Below are positions 24,483 to 37,691 of a stretch of 64,000 nucleotides of DNA, in pieces. Below the pieces are notes generated by a model that was given only the letters and a program-made list of their open reading frames with translations, was not told the origin of the DNA and ran no database searches. The position numbers were made by a program, and so were the translations under genes. Where the stretch lies: positions 20,770,001-20,834,000 of the forward strand of contig OX597822.1 of NCBI GenBank assembly GCA_951406725.2, given 5' to 3'. The DNA is from Octopus vulgaris. Lineage: Eukaryota. The first letter of the stretch is position 1; each line of letters begins with the position of its first letter.

Positions 24483-27400
24483 ATATAAATATAAAATACA
24501 CTTTATTGAAATAAAAAAATTTTCCCCAAACTTCAACATATTTATAGAAATTGACTCACACAAACATACACACACATATATACATACAATTCACCCACAT
24601 ACATACTCTAACAGATACACAAATATTTTACCCAAACATCCCCATAAACACTCCCAAACATTTACATCACTAAAAATACAATAAATTTCTTCAAATTCAG
24701 TGGCTGACCCAAGCAATTTTGGATGAATTTGATTTATCTTTTGATATCTTGTGTTGCTGAAGTATAGAAAGTGTATTTTCCCCCCTTTTTTGAAAGACCT
24801 TGTAGACTTTTTTAAAAGACCTCAGGGAAATTACTTTTATGAAATGTTGCAGTATAGAATGTGGCCCTCTTGAGCATGGTGTTCCCTTTGGTGCAGGGCC
24901 CAACTGGAAGCAATCGGTCCAATTGGCTTAAGGCCAGCCCTGGCTATATTCTCATCCTAATACTTTCTCATAAGATTCAACAAGACTGTGCTGCTAAGCA
25001 TGGTGAAAATGTGAGAGCTTATATGTACTAATGGTTAAAGATCATAACTAGACACTTTTGTTTCACATTTGTCACACACACACACACATCCTCCTCCTCA
25101 TTATTTTAATATCTATTTTTCCATGCTTCCATGGTTTTAATGAAAGTGCATTGAAGCAAGAGATTTTCTATGGTCAGATGACCTTGTTATCACTAAACCC
25201 TACTTACTACCAAATGAGGTAATGATATCCCTCTCTATCAAACAGCTAACAGCCTGGACATATTTTATGTGAGAAACTAGATGCAAACAATACCAGCAAG
25301 AAGCCATTGTTTACACATACATGTACACAGATATGCATACACTCACAAACACACACACACACACACACTTACATATGATGGGCTTCTTCAGTTTCAGTCT
25401 ACTATGTCTACCCATAAAGCTTTGGCTGGTTTTGTGATATAGTAGAAGATATTTACCCAATGTGCCATGCAGTAGTGGCACTGAACTTAAAACCATGTGA
25501 CTAGGAAGCATCCACATTGCCAAGCCTGCATGAACTTGTGTGTGTGTACATGACAGTTTTCTACCCTCTTCTATCAATCAAATTTCACACACACAGTATT
25601 GTTTAACCTGATACTACAGTAGAAGACAGTTGTTCAAGGTACTGCACTGCCAGATCAAACCCCAAAATATGTGAATCTCCTAACCATATGGTAATGTGTG
25701 CACTTTCCTTTGTTTTGCTTTATTTATTTTTTTTATAAGTATTGAGTGATTTTCTTTGGAATTTCTCTCACTTCCCTGCTTATATATATTTTGTTTTAAC
25801 TATAGCTTTCATTCCTCATACACTACGGTTAGTGTGTGATTGAAACAGTTATGCTTGATGAAATGACATTTTCTTTCAGTTGGCAGATAGATAAGACACT
25901 CCTTAGGAAAACAACTTCCATTATTCAGTTCTGCATAGGATCCCAGTTATGCAGCATAACAATTTATTGATGATAGATTAAGTTATTCTTGTGGAAGCAG
26001 GCTATTCTCTCTATGGATAGGTATTTTTTTAATGTGCAAATGTATAGATTAGTTAAATGTCTACTTGTATTTTGTTTTTAGCAACTACAATTTTTGGAAA
26101 GAAATTTAGAAAAACTGTAGAAGCAGTGAAGAGTAAACTCTAGTGAGCTTCTGGTGTATGCATTGCCATGTAGTCAAGAAGTTCAGACTGATGTTTGAAA
26201 GAAGAGAGTTTTTAGGCTGTACAATACTTCAAAGTGCACTTTGTTTTTTTTGTAGGGGATTCTTCACTGCTTTTTTGACAAAAGAAAAGCCACCTTATTG
26301 GTGATAATTATAAGCTGTGTTTTTCAGTTTCTAAAATTACCATACTACTGTTTGTGAATCACTTACAGGTGACTGCGTTATGGATTTTTGTGTGATGTAT
26401 ATAATAGATCATCTTTGGTACAGATAATTTCTGTTATTCACTTAGATGTTTCATTGTAAAGCTCATTTACTGTCAAGTATAGTTAAATCTGTACACTTAC
26501 TGCTGTAAATCTACTAGTGAGAAATTAATTCTGTAGATCATATATGGCTTTGGTTGCACCAAAGGTAGTAAATGAGACTCAATAAAGTTAAACTTACGAT
26601 TAGTATATTAGTACTACTGTATGGAGCATTAAAAACTAACTGGAAAATTAATATATAGTGAAGAAAAATAATATAGGCTTTGATAAGGGTACAAGTACAA
26701 GGAACAAATGTGGACATGTTTAATATCATTCTGATCTCATCAACAAAGTGTGGCTTTCACAAAGTGGACTATTGTGCCTGAACATTATTTGTTGTTCAAT
26801 AGTCTTTTAAGTCTTGCACTTTAGGTATACATGGATGACACCAGTCTCAGTCAATTGAATTTACTCCACTTTGAAATTTTAATTTATCAACCTCCAAACA
26901 ATGAAAGGCAAAATTAACCATAGTAGATTTTGAACACTGAATGCAAGAAACTAGAACTAAATATCGTAAAACATTTTAATGACACCTAATTCTGTCAATC
27001 CACCAGTTTATCAACTTTGCTATTAAAAATAAAATTATAAAATTTTTTGTCTCAGTTTGTAACATTGTAATTAAAAAGTTGATCAGTCAAATGGATAATT
27101 GAAAAGTCTTCTGCAGTAATGAGATTATGAGATAGGATATATTAGTCAGACATCACAGATGTACTGATACAAATTGACTGTGAAACTATTGGAAGATAAA
27201 TATTCCACCAATCTGCCTAAGTGAAGCCAGCATTGCATACAAAAGTTAAACTCAGTGCAACAACAATGATAGTTAAAATAATTATAATGATCACTGGAAG
27301 AGAATTGGATTAACTTTGTCATTGTTTAAACCCAAGTCGCCTTTAATTGCAAAGACCTATGATCAAAGATGTTCAAACCAAAACTATTCCAGTTTTTTAT

Positions 27401-27960
27401 GTATGTAGTATTACAGTGTGCAATGTGTTCTTCCTTTTTTAAAGACTGGTAACGATAGTTATCATGATGAAGTTCTGAGTACTGGGAAGCTGATACACCT
27501 ATCAAAAGATCAATTAATTGTCTATTGCTACCATAATAAATGCAATTTGACTTGAATGATATTTAAAGGAAAAATGACTACTATTTCTTGCAGATCTTGC
27601 AAGTGTGGAGAAGCTCCCTTAAGGGTTTCATAGAATATATTTGATTACATACAGTTAATAATAAAAGATTAATAATTAAATCATTTTAATAAACATTAAG
27701 AATTTTCAAAACTGCATATGTTAAAGTATAAACATATATATTGCTTTTATTTCTCTGGTTCTTTTATGTAAAAGTAAAAATATATTGTAGGTAGATTCTC
27801 ACTCAGCTTGTTGCAGATACATATTTACAAAAGTCTGTATGGCAGAAAACCAAGTCATTATATTCCAGCTTTGAACTTATTAGCATGGTTACCAAGCTTA
27901 ATCTGTGAAATTAATCTACTCTGTTTCTCACCAGTTCATGCAATATCTGCTTAGTAATAT

Positions 27961-28103
27961 TTATGTCTTTATTGCCCACAGGGGGCTAAACATAGAGGGG
28001 ACAAACAAGGTCACACAAAGGGATTAAGTCAATTACATCGACCCCAGTGCATAACTGGTACTTATGTAATCGACCCCCGAAAGGATGAAAGGCAAAGTTA
28101 ACC
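27961..28103 (-). mobile_element. 5'-truncated Meta-type SINE with 15-bp TSD
   Basis: Minus strand gcctttcatcctttcgggggtcgattacataagtaccag resembles the MetaSINE central domain. Perfect TSD tctgcttagtaatat at 27946-27960 and 28104-28118. Confidence 0.9.
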
Positions 28104-28401
28104 TCTGCTTAGTAATATGCTTGCATATAACATTATGGGCATGTTACTGTACTACAGTGCCTCAATAATATAACATGTGCAAGCATGGAAAAATAGATAT
28201 TAAAAGCAAAAGAATAAATGAATCATACACATGCATATTCATGTGCAGGCACAGACATGGATATGTCATTAAGAAGTTTGTTTCCCAACTGTGTACTTTC
28301 AAAATTCTGTCCTACTACAAGGCACAAACTGGATAGGTGCCTTGTACTATAGCCCCTGGTCAACCAAAACCTTGCGAGTGAATTATGTGGGCAAAATTAG
28401 C

Positions 28402-28493
28402 AGTTATTCAACTGTAAATTGAATAACACTGACAGAGCAACCTGAAAATGGCTGCTGCATCTGTGTTATTCAATGTACAGTTAAATGATAACT
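28402..28493. repeat. ~90-nt hairpin
   Basis: aactgtaaattgaataacac pairs with gtgttattcaatgtacagtt (19/20), with further pairing inside and outside. Confidence 0.85.
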
Positions 28494-28614
28494 AAGATTC
28501 TACATGAAACCATTGGTAGCATATTAACAGCCATCATACAATTGAAAGAACTTATTAATCTATGAGTGTAGTATTGATTGCTCACTTTCTTGTTTGTTAC
28601 TTATATAAAATATA

Positions 28615-29010
28615 GGTGCAGGAGTGGCTGTGTGGTAAGTAGCTTGCTTACCAACCACATAGTTCTGGGTTCAGTCCCACTGTGTTGCACCTTGGGCAAG
28701 TGTCTTCTGTCCTCTACTATAGCCTTGGGCTGACCAAAGCCTTGTGAGTGGATTTGGTAGGCAGAAACTGAAAGAAGCCTGTCGTATATATGTATGTGTG
28801 TGTACATGTTTGTGTGTCTGTGCTTGTCCCTCCAACATCGCTTGACAATCAATGCTGGTGTCTTTACATCCCGGTAACTTAGTGGTTTGGCAAAAGAGAC
28901 TAATAGAATAAGTACTAGGCTTACAATGAATAAGTCCTAGGGTCAATTTGCTCGACTAAAGGCGGTGCTCCAGGATGGCCACAGTCAAATGACTGAAACA
29001 AGTAACAGAG
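28615..29010 (+). mobile_element. Full-length tRNA/CORE-type SINE
   Basis: ggtgcaggagtggctgtgtggtaag (A box), gggttcagtccc (B box), caccttgggcaagtgtctt (CORE-like), internal (TG/TA)n, tail ggcggtgctccaggatggccacagtcaaatgactgaaacaag. Confidence 0.92.
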
Positions 29011-29278
29011 TGTATATGTGTGTGTTCAAGCGTTTTTTGTTTACATTTGTGCCCTATGATAGTTACTATGAACTACGTCATTGTCATCACTTCTCCTTTT
29101 TTAATAAATTATCCCACTCACTTTGGCATCTTTGTACTTGTGTGAAATAAGATGTCCCTTACATGAAAACAGCTATGGGTCAGTGACAAAAAGAAAATCT
29201 AGGTATAAAACAGTACTTCAATGATATATTCATCTAACCCATACAAGCATGGAAAAGTGAGTGTAAAACACTGACTCC

Positions 29279-29317
<39 letters not shown>

Positions 29318-29734
29318 TATAGTAGTATTCAAACAACTAAGCTAGACGGATACATAAACTAATTTTATTAATTCTATTCTAACTTTGATTTGAAAACTAT
29401 AAAATTAATTGAAACTAATAAAAGCGAATAAGTTGAACAGTAACGATACCAAAAGACTAGACACTAGCATGTACCAACATTGTTAAGACCAGACAATATC
29501 ATATTTTGTTGCTGCTTTTATTATTCTGTACTTTAAACTTGTTTACTACATTGATATTGACTTACAATATTTTAACAGTGCTGAGACAGGAAATGGTTCT
29601 CCTCATTTCATTTGTTAAGATCTTTTTTTATATGTGATGCCTGCTATAGAAAAACAGATACAAATATTTAATTACACCTACATAGTAAAGCAAATACATT
29701 CATTCTACATTTTTCACACACACACACATACAAG

Positions 29735-29817
<83 letters not shown>

Positions 29818-30361
29818 TATTTATAGTATACAAATGTACATCAGAAGAAGAATTTGTTATTGTGAAAAAAGAGTATTTTTACGTTTTTGAATTTACTACT
29901 GTATTGTAAGTATTCCCTGTCAACTATATTCATTTAAATTTTGCAGTATTACCGGACTACTATACTGTGCTCCATGCATTAAATATGCCAGTACTAATAT
30001 ACTGATTGTAAGTTTAAATTAATTGAGTTTCATTTATCTTTGGTGCAATCAAAGCCATATATGATCTCTAAAACTATGGACGACTGTTCATAGCATTATA
30101 TGCTGATCTCTTTATGAATTTATTTAATACCATCAACAATAAATTCAATATTATAAAATTTTTTAAATTAAAGATAATTGCATTTTTGTCGTATGTTATA
30201 TGTTTAGAAAAATGTAGTTCTAGTGGAGTATAAACTGTTTCAATTATGTTTCAATTGACATAAGATTTTAATCAAAGAAAGAGGCTGTGTATATCATTGT
30301 AATGAAGTACACAATCAGTAAGTAGCATCAAATTCTGTAGAATATGTTATTACTAAAATGT

Positions 30362-32110
30362 ACATCATTATCATCATCATCATCATCATCATTATCATCA
30401 TCATTTAACATCTGTTGTTCATGCTGGCATGGGTTGGATAGTTTCACCAGGGTTGATAAACTGAGGGGCTGCACCAGACTCCAGTCTGATTTGGTATGAT
30501 TTCTATGGCTAGATGCCCTTCCTAATGTCAACCACTCCAAGAGTGTAATGGATGATTTTATGTGCGAGTTGTGTGATACTAGTATCTGCCATGACTACAA
30601 TTTCACTCGGCTTGATAAGTCTTCTCAGGCACAGCATATTGCCGAAAGTCTTGGTCATTTGTCATTGCCTCTGTAAAGCCTAACGTTTGAAAGGTGATTT
30701 TTATGTACCACTGGAACAGGTGCTGGTTATATAACACTGACACAGGTGCTAGTTACAAGGATAAGAATAAGCTGGGCATCAGCCATATTATCTCCATGAG
30801 GCCCAATACTCAAAAGGTGCTTTTTACGTGCCACCAGCAGGGGTACCAATTACATGACACTGGCAGCGACCATGACTACAATTTCTCTTGGTTTGACAGG
30901 TCTTCTCAAGCATGGCATTTTGCAAAAGGACTCGGTCACTAGTCATTGCCTCCGTGAGGCCCAATGTTCAAAGATCATGCTTCAACAACTTGTCCCATGT
31001 CTTGCAGAGTCTACCTCTTCCGAAGGTTCCCTCAACAGTTAGTGATTGGCACTTACACAGCTGTCCTCATCCATTTGCATCACAGGACAATACTAGCACA
31101 GTCATCTCTCTTACACACCACATCTGATGCCTCTTATGCCCAACGTTTCTCTCAAGGCACTTACATTTTATCATATATGTACACTGACATTGCACATCCA
31201 GCGAAGCATGTTAGCTTCATTTCTTTCAAACCTATGCATATCCTCAGTGGTCACAGACATGTTTCACTACTGTGTAGCACAGGTGTTCACAGACAGGTAT
31301 CATACAGTCTGCCTTCACTCTGAAGGAGAGACCCTTTGTTGCCAACAGAGGTAGGAGCTCTCTGAACCTTGCCCAGCCTATTTTTATCCTTAGAGCTATG
31401 CTCTCAGAGCATCCACCTCTGCTACAGACTTGGTTGCCTAGATAACAGAAGCTATCAACCACCTCTAACTTACCCCACTGGTAGTTGATGGAGTCTATTT
31501 TCTATACCATTTTAGTGTTTATCGTACCTGTAAATTTTCCTCACACAAAAACTATTTTCCCAGTTAACCTTCCTCTAATGCTGCACCTCTTATGTGACCA
31601 GAGCTTGCAGGGCCTTCTACCTGAAGGCGTTTGTTTTTTGTCTGGTTTCCTACTTACTAAGACTTTGGTTTTTTCTAGGTTAACACTGAGGCCCTTTGCT
31701 TCTAGACCTTGCTTCTACATTTGAAATTTCTTCTTTAGTTCTGGTAGTGATTCAGCCATAAGAACAAGGTCAATAGCATAGAGGAGCTCCCAGAGGTAGC
31801 CTGTCTTAAACTCCTCTGTTATTGCCTGGAGGACTATGACGAACAGGTGGGGGATGAGGACTGTTCCTTGGTAAACCCCTACTTATACCCAGAATTCATC
31901 ACTATACTAGTTGCCAACCCTCACCTTACTGACTATCCCTGTACATGGTTTGTACAGCTCTTACCAACCACTCATCTATCCCTAGTTTCTTCATTGACCA
32001 CCTGACAAGGGATTGGGGAACCCTGTCGAAGGCTTTCTCCATGTCAACAAAAGCCAAGTGCAGAAGTTTAGCTTTGGCTAGGTACTTCTCCTGCAGCTGC
32101 CTTACCAGAA
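30362..32110 (-). mobile_element. RTE-clade LINE, 5'-truncated and decayed (RT domain to 3' tail)
   Basis: LVRQLQEKYLAK..AFVDMEKAFDRVP, VGVYQGTVL, ELLYAIDLVLMAES, VDSFCYLGNQV..GWARFRELLPLL and an (ATG)n tail at 30362-30403. Same family as 20081-21056. Confidence 0.92.
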
Positions 32111-32189
32111 ATATATATATATATTAGTCAAATGCAGTGTAGACAAGAATTAAATATGTAACTAAAAAGGACAAATGGCACCTAAGAAA

Positions 32190-32620
32190 TTCAAATTTTA
32201 TTCTCACCAATGGTGCCATGTGCACTAAATTATTTATGCAATGTGGAAAATGTTCAATCAATATTGTTCAAACAATGCCAATATCAACTTCACAAGTTAC
32301 CCAAGCCTGGGCTCCAGAGCTTTATGGCCTCTACAAAATTTGAACTCACATTGCATAACATTGCAACACAAGTTAGTTTTTGCCTCAATTTGTCTTGCCT
32401 TATTCAACATTATTCTGAAAGAAATTGTAGAAAAAAATAATGCCATAACATTCAGATGGCACCTGGTCAAATTTCTTCAAGAAATACAAAACAAACCACT
32501 GACATCTGGTTACAACTTAGTAAACCACAACCCCCTACATGAGTGGGCTATGATGTCCTAAATAATAGCTTAAAAGACTATTCCAGATAGTCCATCAAGT
32601 AAGACATGGCCAAAACCTAA
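32190..32620 (+). mobile_element. CR1-like LINE 3' end
   Basis: ALFNIILKEIVEKNNAITFRWHLVKFLQEIQNKPLTSGYNLVNHNPLHEW resembles the LFN.LP...FK..LDKFL..IPD.P..PGY...NSL motif of CR1 C-termini. Confidence 0.7.
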
Positions 32621-32994
32621 TCTAATTCTCCAAAAGACTAACTACTTTGTATTTCTAGAGTGAGGTATTATGCCACAGTGTCTTGTAGGAATTGATAGCA
32701 CCCGTACTGCATTACAAAAAATAAAAGTTTTGTGAGTTAACCTCTATGCAAATGCTATATGTATGTACAACTGTGTTACCTGATGATAAGTGGAGAAGAT
32801 ATCTATCATATCACACAATACATAGGAGTTTAACAAAAGTTCAGCTTGCTCTTTCTATACTATATAGATATGAAATAAAGTGATTGCGACATGACAGAGT
32901 GATATAATCTAACAAGACATGTACAACTATACTCCCTATCATAACTTTATTTTTGAAAATTATTTTGTTATCCATTTATATATTGGTTTAAGAC

Positions 32995-33176
32995 TTTTGG
33001 CACAAGGCCAGCAATTTCGAGGGAGTAATTGATTACATGGACTTCAGTTCTCAATTGGTACTTATTTCATTGACCTCAAAAGGATGAATGGCAAAGTCAG
33101 CCTCAGCAGGATTTGAACTCAGAGTATAAAAACAGACGAAATTCCATGCCCAGCAGCTTAACTATTCTGCCAGCAT
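32995..33176 (-). mobile_element. Meta-type SINE (different 3' tail subfamily)
   Basis: Minus strand ctggcagaatagttaagc...gagttcaaatcctgctgagg..tttgccattcatccttttgaggtcaatgaaataagtacc, tail gctggccttgtgccaaaa. Confidence 0.8.
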
Positions 33177-36085
33177 TGATATAGTATTGATTCATACAAC
33201 TGTATAAATCAATGCTATAATATATGCAATTGCTTTTAAGCATGTTTTTCCATGCTGGCATGGCTTGGAGAAAGTATATATGTTTAACTCTGTCCCTTCT
33301 AGTGATGGCACAACCAAATGAAACCAGTTATTTTCTCACACTGGTAGCTTAGTTTAAAAAGAAACTAGCAGTTAAAGTTACAATGAATATCTTTGATAGA
33401 TTTGGATACAGCAGGAGGAGAGATAAGTTAAATAAGCTGGATAGTGGTTAGAGAAGAAAATTGTTTGATAGGACTTTTAAATAGTTAAGTCAGTTTACTT
33501 CTTAGAAATTTCTTTCATCAGCAACTCTTGAAGTAAAAACTTTATTTTTTAAAACCTTCTTATAGGCATTGTATTATGAGTATGAGAATTTGATGGCAAA
33601 TTGCTTAACTGTTAAAAGGTTAGTAGTATTAGAAACATACAGCTGTAATTAAACAGGTATCAACAATTCCCCAAATTTGTAAAAGAAAAAAATATTTGAC
33701 TCAGTCCAGAATATATAAATGGATGTACAACAGAAAATAGAAAATATAATTTTCCTAAAATATGGTTTTATATGAAAACATGTCTCATATATATATATAA
33801 AAAAAAGGAAAAAAAGATTAATCAAAATAAAACCTCACAGTCAAAAGTTCAAAATTAAAATTTCTTGAAACCATTTTGAAGAAAAAGAAATTAAAAAATA
33901 TATCAATATATTTCAAAGAGCCTAAATCCAAAAATGTAATTAATATTGAATGTATCTGATTGTGAATTTAGTTACTGTTTAAGGTCAATTTTCTGAAACC
34001 TGTCAGAATCTGGTTTGAGTGTATAGTATAGTAAATAAATAATACTCTATCATAAATATAATCAAAATACTGAAAAAAAGAGTCTAAACAAAAAAATTAT
34101 AAAACACAATCATTACTGGGGGGTGGATGGAGAAAGTTGAAGACTAGACTAAAAGAATGGGAAGAGAGAGTTAGATGAAATGATGGAAGAAATGTTAAGA
34201 GTGATTAGAATTTTATTTTATGATGTAGGAAAACAAGTAGAACAAATGAGATTCAAATTATGTCTGTGAGGAATAAGAGAGATCAAAGAAGTATAGGATA
34301 CAAGGAGAATGGAATTAGAGAAAATAGCAATAACTGCAATGATGTATAATACAAAACAGGGAAAGATTTATTTACTACTTTTTTTTTAGATATTTTTCTT
34401 TTACTGATTTTATCAGTTTAAAAAACATTTAACAAAAATAATTTCTATACTAATATTCAGATATTCAGAATTATTACGCATTTGTCATCATGAAAAAACT
34501 ATATAAGAACTATAAATAATGTTTTTTTTCTAAATAACAGTATACCAAAGGTGATATAAAAGCACAAGTATTTTTCTGAGAACTATGAAACTAAATGAAT
34601 TAAAATGTATTCACAAAATATGTTAAAAAGGACATGTAAAAATTAACAAGATTTTTCCTGTTGAGAGTAATAAGACATGATGTAATTTAAATAGAAAAGA
34701 GCTTTGGTGCATTTGCATGGAAAAAAATTCAATAATCATAGCTGAAAAAGCTGAGAATACCAATATATATTTATATATGTTGATGTTTCTAGAAGTGTAA
34801 TTATTTATTGTTGAAATTCAACTTGAACTTCCCTTTATTTATGCCTGTGTATCATTTTTATATCATATTGATGATGTTTGTTTTATGAATGCAATCTCAG
34901 CTTCATAAATGATACCTTTTGCACTACTAGAGATTTTCACTGAACATGCATCAGTGTTGCTGCAATGTTATTCAAAATCTGGAAGTTTACAAAAATGGAT
35001 ATGATATCCTCATCTGCAAGAGAATCAACATGACCATTATCCATAACGTCCTCAAAATTCTGCATAATGATATTTATTTATATACCAGATCAGGGATTTT
35101 TGGGAAGTGCAGACGTTTTGAGAAGCATATGTTATAGAACTACATTGTATCATCTTTACCAGACTAACACACATACACATGCAAATGTATGTGCACATTC
35201 TTACTTTTCTGGTTCCCCTTCCATTTTTCACGTTTTCATTCTTCCTCTTGCTCTATTTTTGATTTATTTATTTTCACACTTTTCTACTTGTCTTATATTA
35301 ATCTCTTTCCTTTTCTATTTTGACCTATTATTGATTTATTTTTCACAGTAGATCTTGAGATTTCATTGTACTGTCAAGGGGGTATATCTCATTTCTACCA
35401 TCTAAGAGTTGTACACCCTAACGGAAATGGAAATGGCAAAGTTGAGACAAATAAAGAACATAACTTGATAAGTATCCACTAACAGGAAAGTTAAAGTAAC
35501 AACAATGGAAAATCTGTAATTTATATTACTATATGTCTGTGAGTAACACATGTATATGTGATGCATATGTGTTTGTGCTCATATGCCCACACGTGTGAGT
35601 TTGTATGTGGACATGTTTATCTTCATGTGTATGCACATGTACTAAGGTACAAATTTCCTTTATACTATCATATAACTACACACTGATTCCCCATATGCTT
35701 GATAAATCTGTCTTTTGCTCTTCCTATCATAGTTCTCCACCATGAAACAATTCTACTATTGAAAAATACATTAAGTCAAAAGTATAAAACTCAAGTACTT
35801 ATTCATGTTTATATCATAGAGCACACAAAAACTGAAAATCAGAATGAACATCAAAGCTAGCCATTTATTATTCTTTTAACAATATTATTTTGGCATTTTT
35901 ACGATTTTTTCCCTCATACTCATTGCATTTTGGCTAGCTTTGATCTGAGGTGTTTAACAATATGAATATGTTTAAACTTGTACATGCAAAGCATACAAAT
36001 GTTTCAGAAGTCTTGTCATTTTACAATTATATAACTAAATATATTTCAAAAAGATAACATTCATATGTATGTATGTATGTATGTA

Positions 36086-36132
<47 letters not shown>

Positions 36133-36177
36133 GTATGTATGTATGTATGCATGCATGCATGCATGCATGTATGTATG

Positions 36178-36211
<34 letters not shown>

Positions 36212-36494
36212 TGTATGTGCAGATTTGTATGTTTTATGTATGTATTCTCATGCCTATAGTTACATATCTAGACATGCTCATATATATTTAAATGATAAAC
36301 TGGCAAGTTTTACAGATTTTTAGTTCCAGTAATGGATTGGATCTGTAGTCTTCGAATTAGCATTCTCCTTTCTGGTTTTGAGAAGCCTAATTTCTTAAGA
36401 TTGGTATTTAGGCAGTGTGTTACATATCCCAGGGCCTCAATAATTACAAGTATAAACCTGATGTATGTATGTATGTATGTATGTATGTATGTAC

Positions 36495-36834
36495 ATTAAG
36501 ACTATTCTGCAGAGACCTGAATAGGTGGAAATCCAAAGGAGCAATATCTGGTGAATGTGGAGGGTGGGGGAACACATCCCAACCGAACTGCAGCAATTTT
36601 TGTCTGGTTCCCAAAACATCAAGTGCCGAAAATGAACTTTCTTATCTTCCATTTTAAAGGGTTACAGAATTAACACAGGTTATAGGAACATAAACCTTCT
36701 TCCACGAAAAGATAGCTTAAACTGTGCTCTAAATAGACGTGTAGTCAAATTCTATTTTATGGACTCAACCATGTTCTAAAAGAAGTTGAAAGGTAAGCTA
36801 CTATAGATTGGCACAAACTTTCCGGACAACCCAA
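36495..36834 (-). mobile_element. Internally deleted mariner element
   Basis: MEDKKVHFRHLM joined to PHPPHSPDIAPLDFHLFRSLQN. TIR-like ttgggttgtccggaaagt abuts TA. Confidence 0.85.
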
Positions 36835-37086
36835 TATATATGTATGTATATATGTATGAATATACACACACACACATATATATATATGTAAATATATGAA
36901 TACATATATATATACATGTATATATGTGTGTATATATATATATATGTACATATATATGTATATATATATGTATGTATATATATATGTATATATATATATA
37001 TGTATGTATATATATAAATTAAATTAGAGATAAAACCACTATTAGGCAAATCAATATATATATATATATATATATGTATATGTATG

Positions 37087-37135
<49 letters not shown>

Positions 37136-37142
37136 GTGTGTG

Positions 37143-37463
37143 AAGGTGTGTGGCTTAGTGGTTAGGAGTATTCGGTTCCTGATTGTAAGGTCGGGAGGTT
37201 CAATTCCTGGCGGCATGTTTTGTCCTTGAGCAAGTCACTTTATTTCATGTTGCTCCAGTCCACTCAGGTGGCAAAAGTGAGTAGTGCCTGTATTTCAAAG
37301 GTTCAGCCTTGTCACACTATGTGTCACGCTGAATCTTCCCGAGAACTACATCAAGGGTACATGTGTTTGTGGAGTGCTCAGCCACTTGCACGTTAATTTC
37401 ACGAGCAAGCTGTTCCGTTGATCATATCAGCTGGGACCCTCGTCGTCACAACCGACGGAGTGT
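37143..37463 (+). mobile_element. Full-length tRNA-derived CORE-type SINE (third family)
   Basis: tggcttagtgg (A box), ggttcaattcc (B box), ccttgagcaagtcactttatttcatgttgctccagtccactcag (CORE-like). Confidence 0.85.
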
Positions 37464-37647
37464 TCCTGTATGTATATATATGTATGTTTATATGTATATA
37501 TATACACATATGCTTTTATATTTGTATGTATATAGGATTGTGTATAGTTGTATACATGTGTATATTTGTAACAATAGCCTAGTTTTATATATATAAATAT
37601 TTGTGTTTATACACACACTCACACACACATGCACATTCTTTTGGAAT

Positions 37648-37691
37648 TAGATATTTGATTCTGGAACAGTTTGGGGAATCTTCATCAGTTT
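37648..37691 (-). ncRNA. Degenerate hammerhead-like motif
   Basis: Minus strand CTGATGA-a-GATTC-cccaaactgttcca-GAATC-AAAT. Box 1 and a 5-bp stem II are intact, but the GAAA box lacks its G. Confidence 0.4.

Larger units (their letters stand above)
23337..24942. mobile_element. Non-autonomous hAT-type element with nested insertions
   Basis: Termini TAGGGCCAGTCTCAGG and CTTAAGGCCAGCCCTG (CAGGGC-type TIR). The 8-bp flanks gttatatc / gctatatt (6/8) fit a decayed hAT TSD. Confidence 0.65.
26535..30067. repeat. Long-range inverted repeat pair (26535-~26660 and ~29920-30067)
   Basis: agatcatatatggctttggttgcaccaaagg..aaatgagactcaat..ttaaacttacgattagtatattagtact is the reverse complement of 29990-30067 with a few mismatches. 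Confidence 0.9.

Noticed and set aside
34940-35140. Possible R4/RLE-type LINE C-terminus (LGSADVLRSI)
   Set aside because: Only one short motif, too weak to call.
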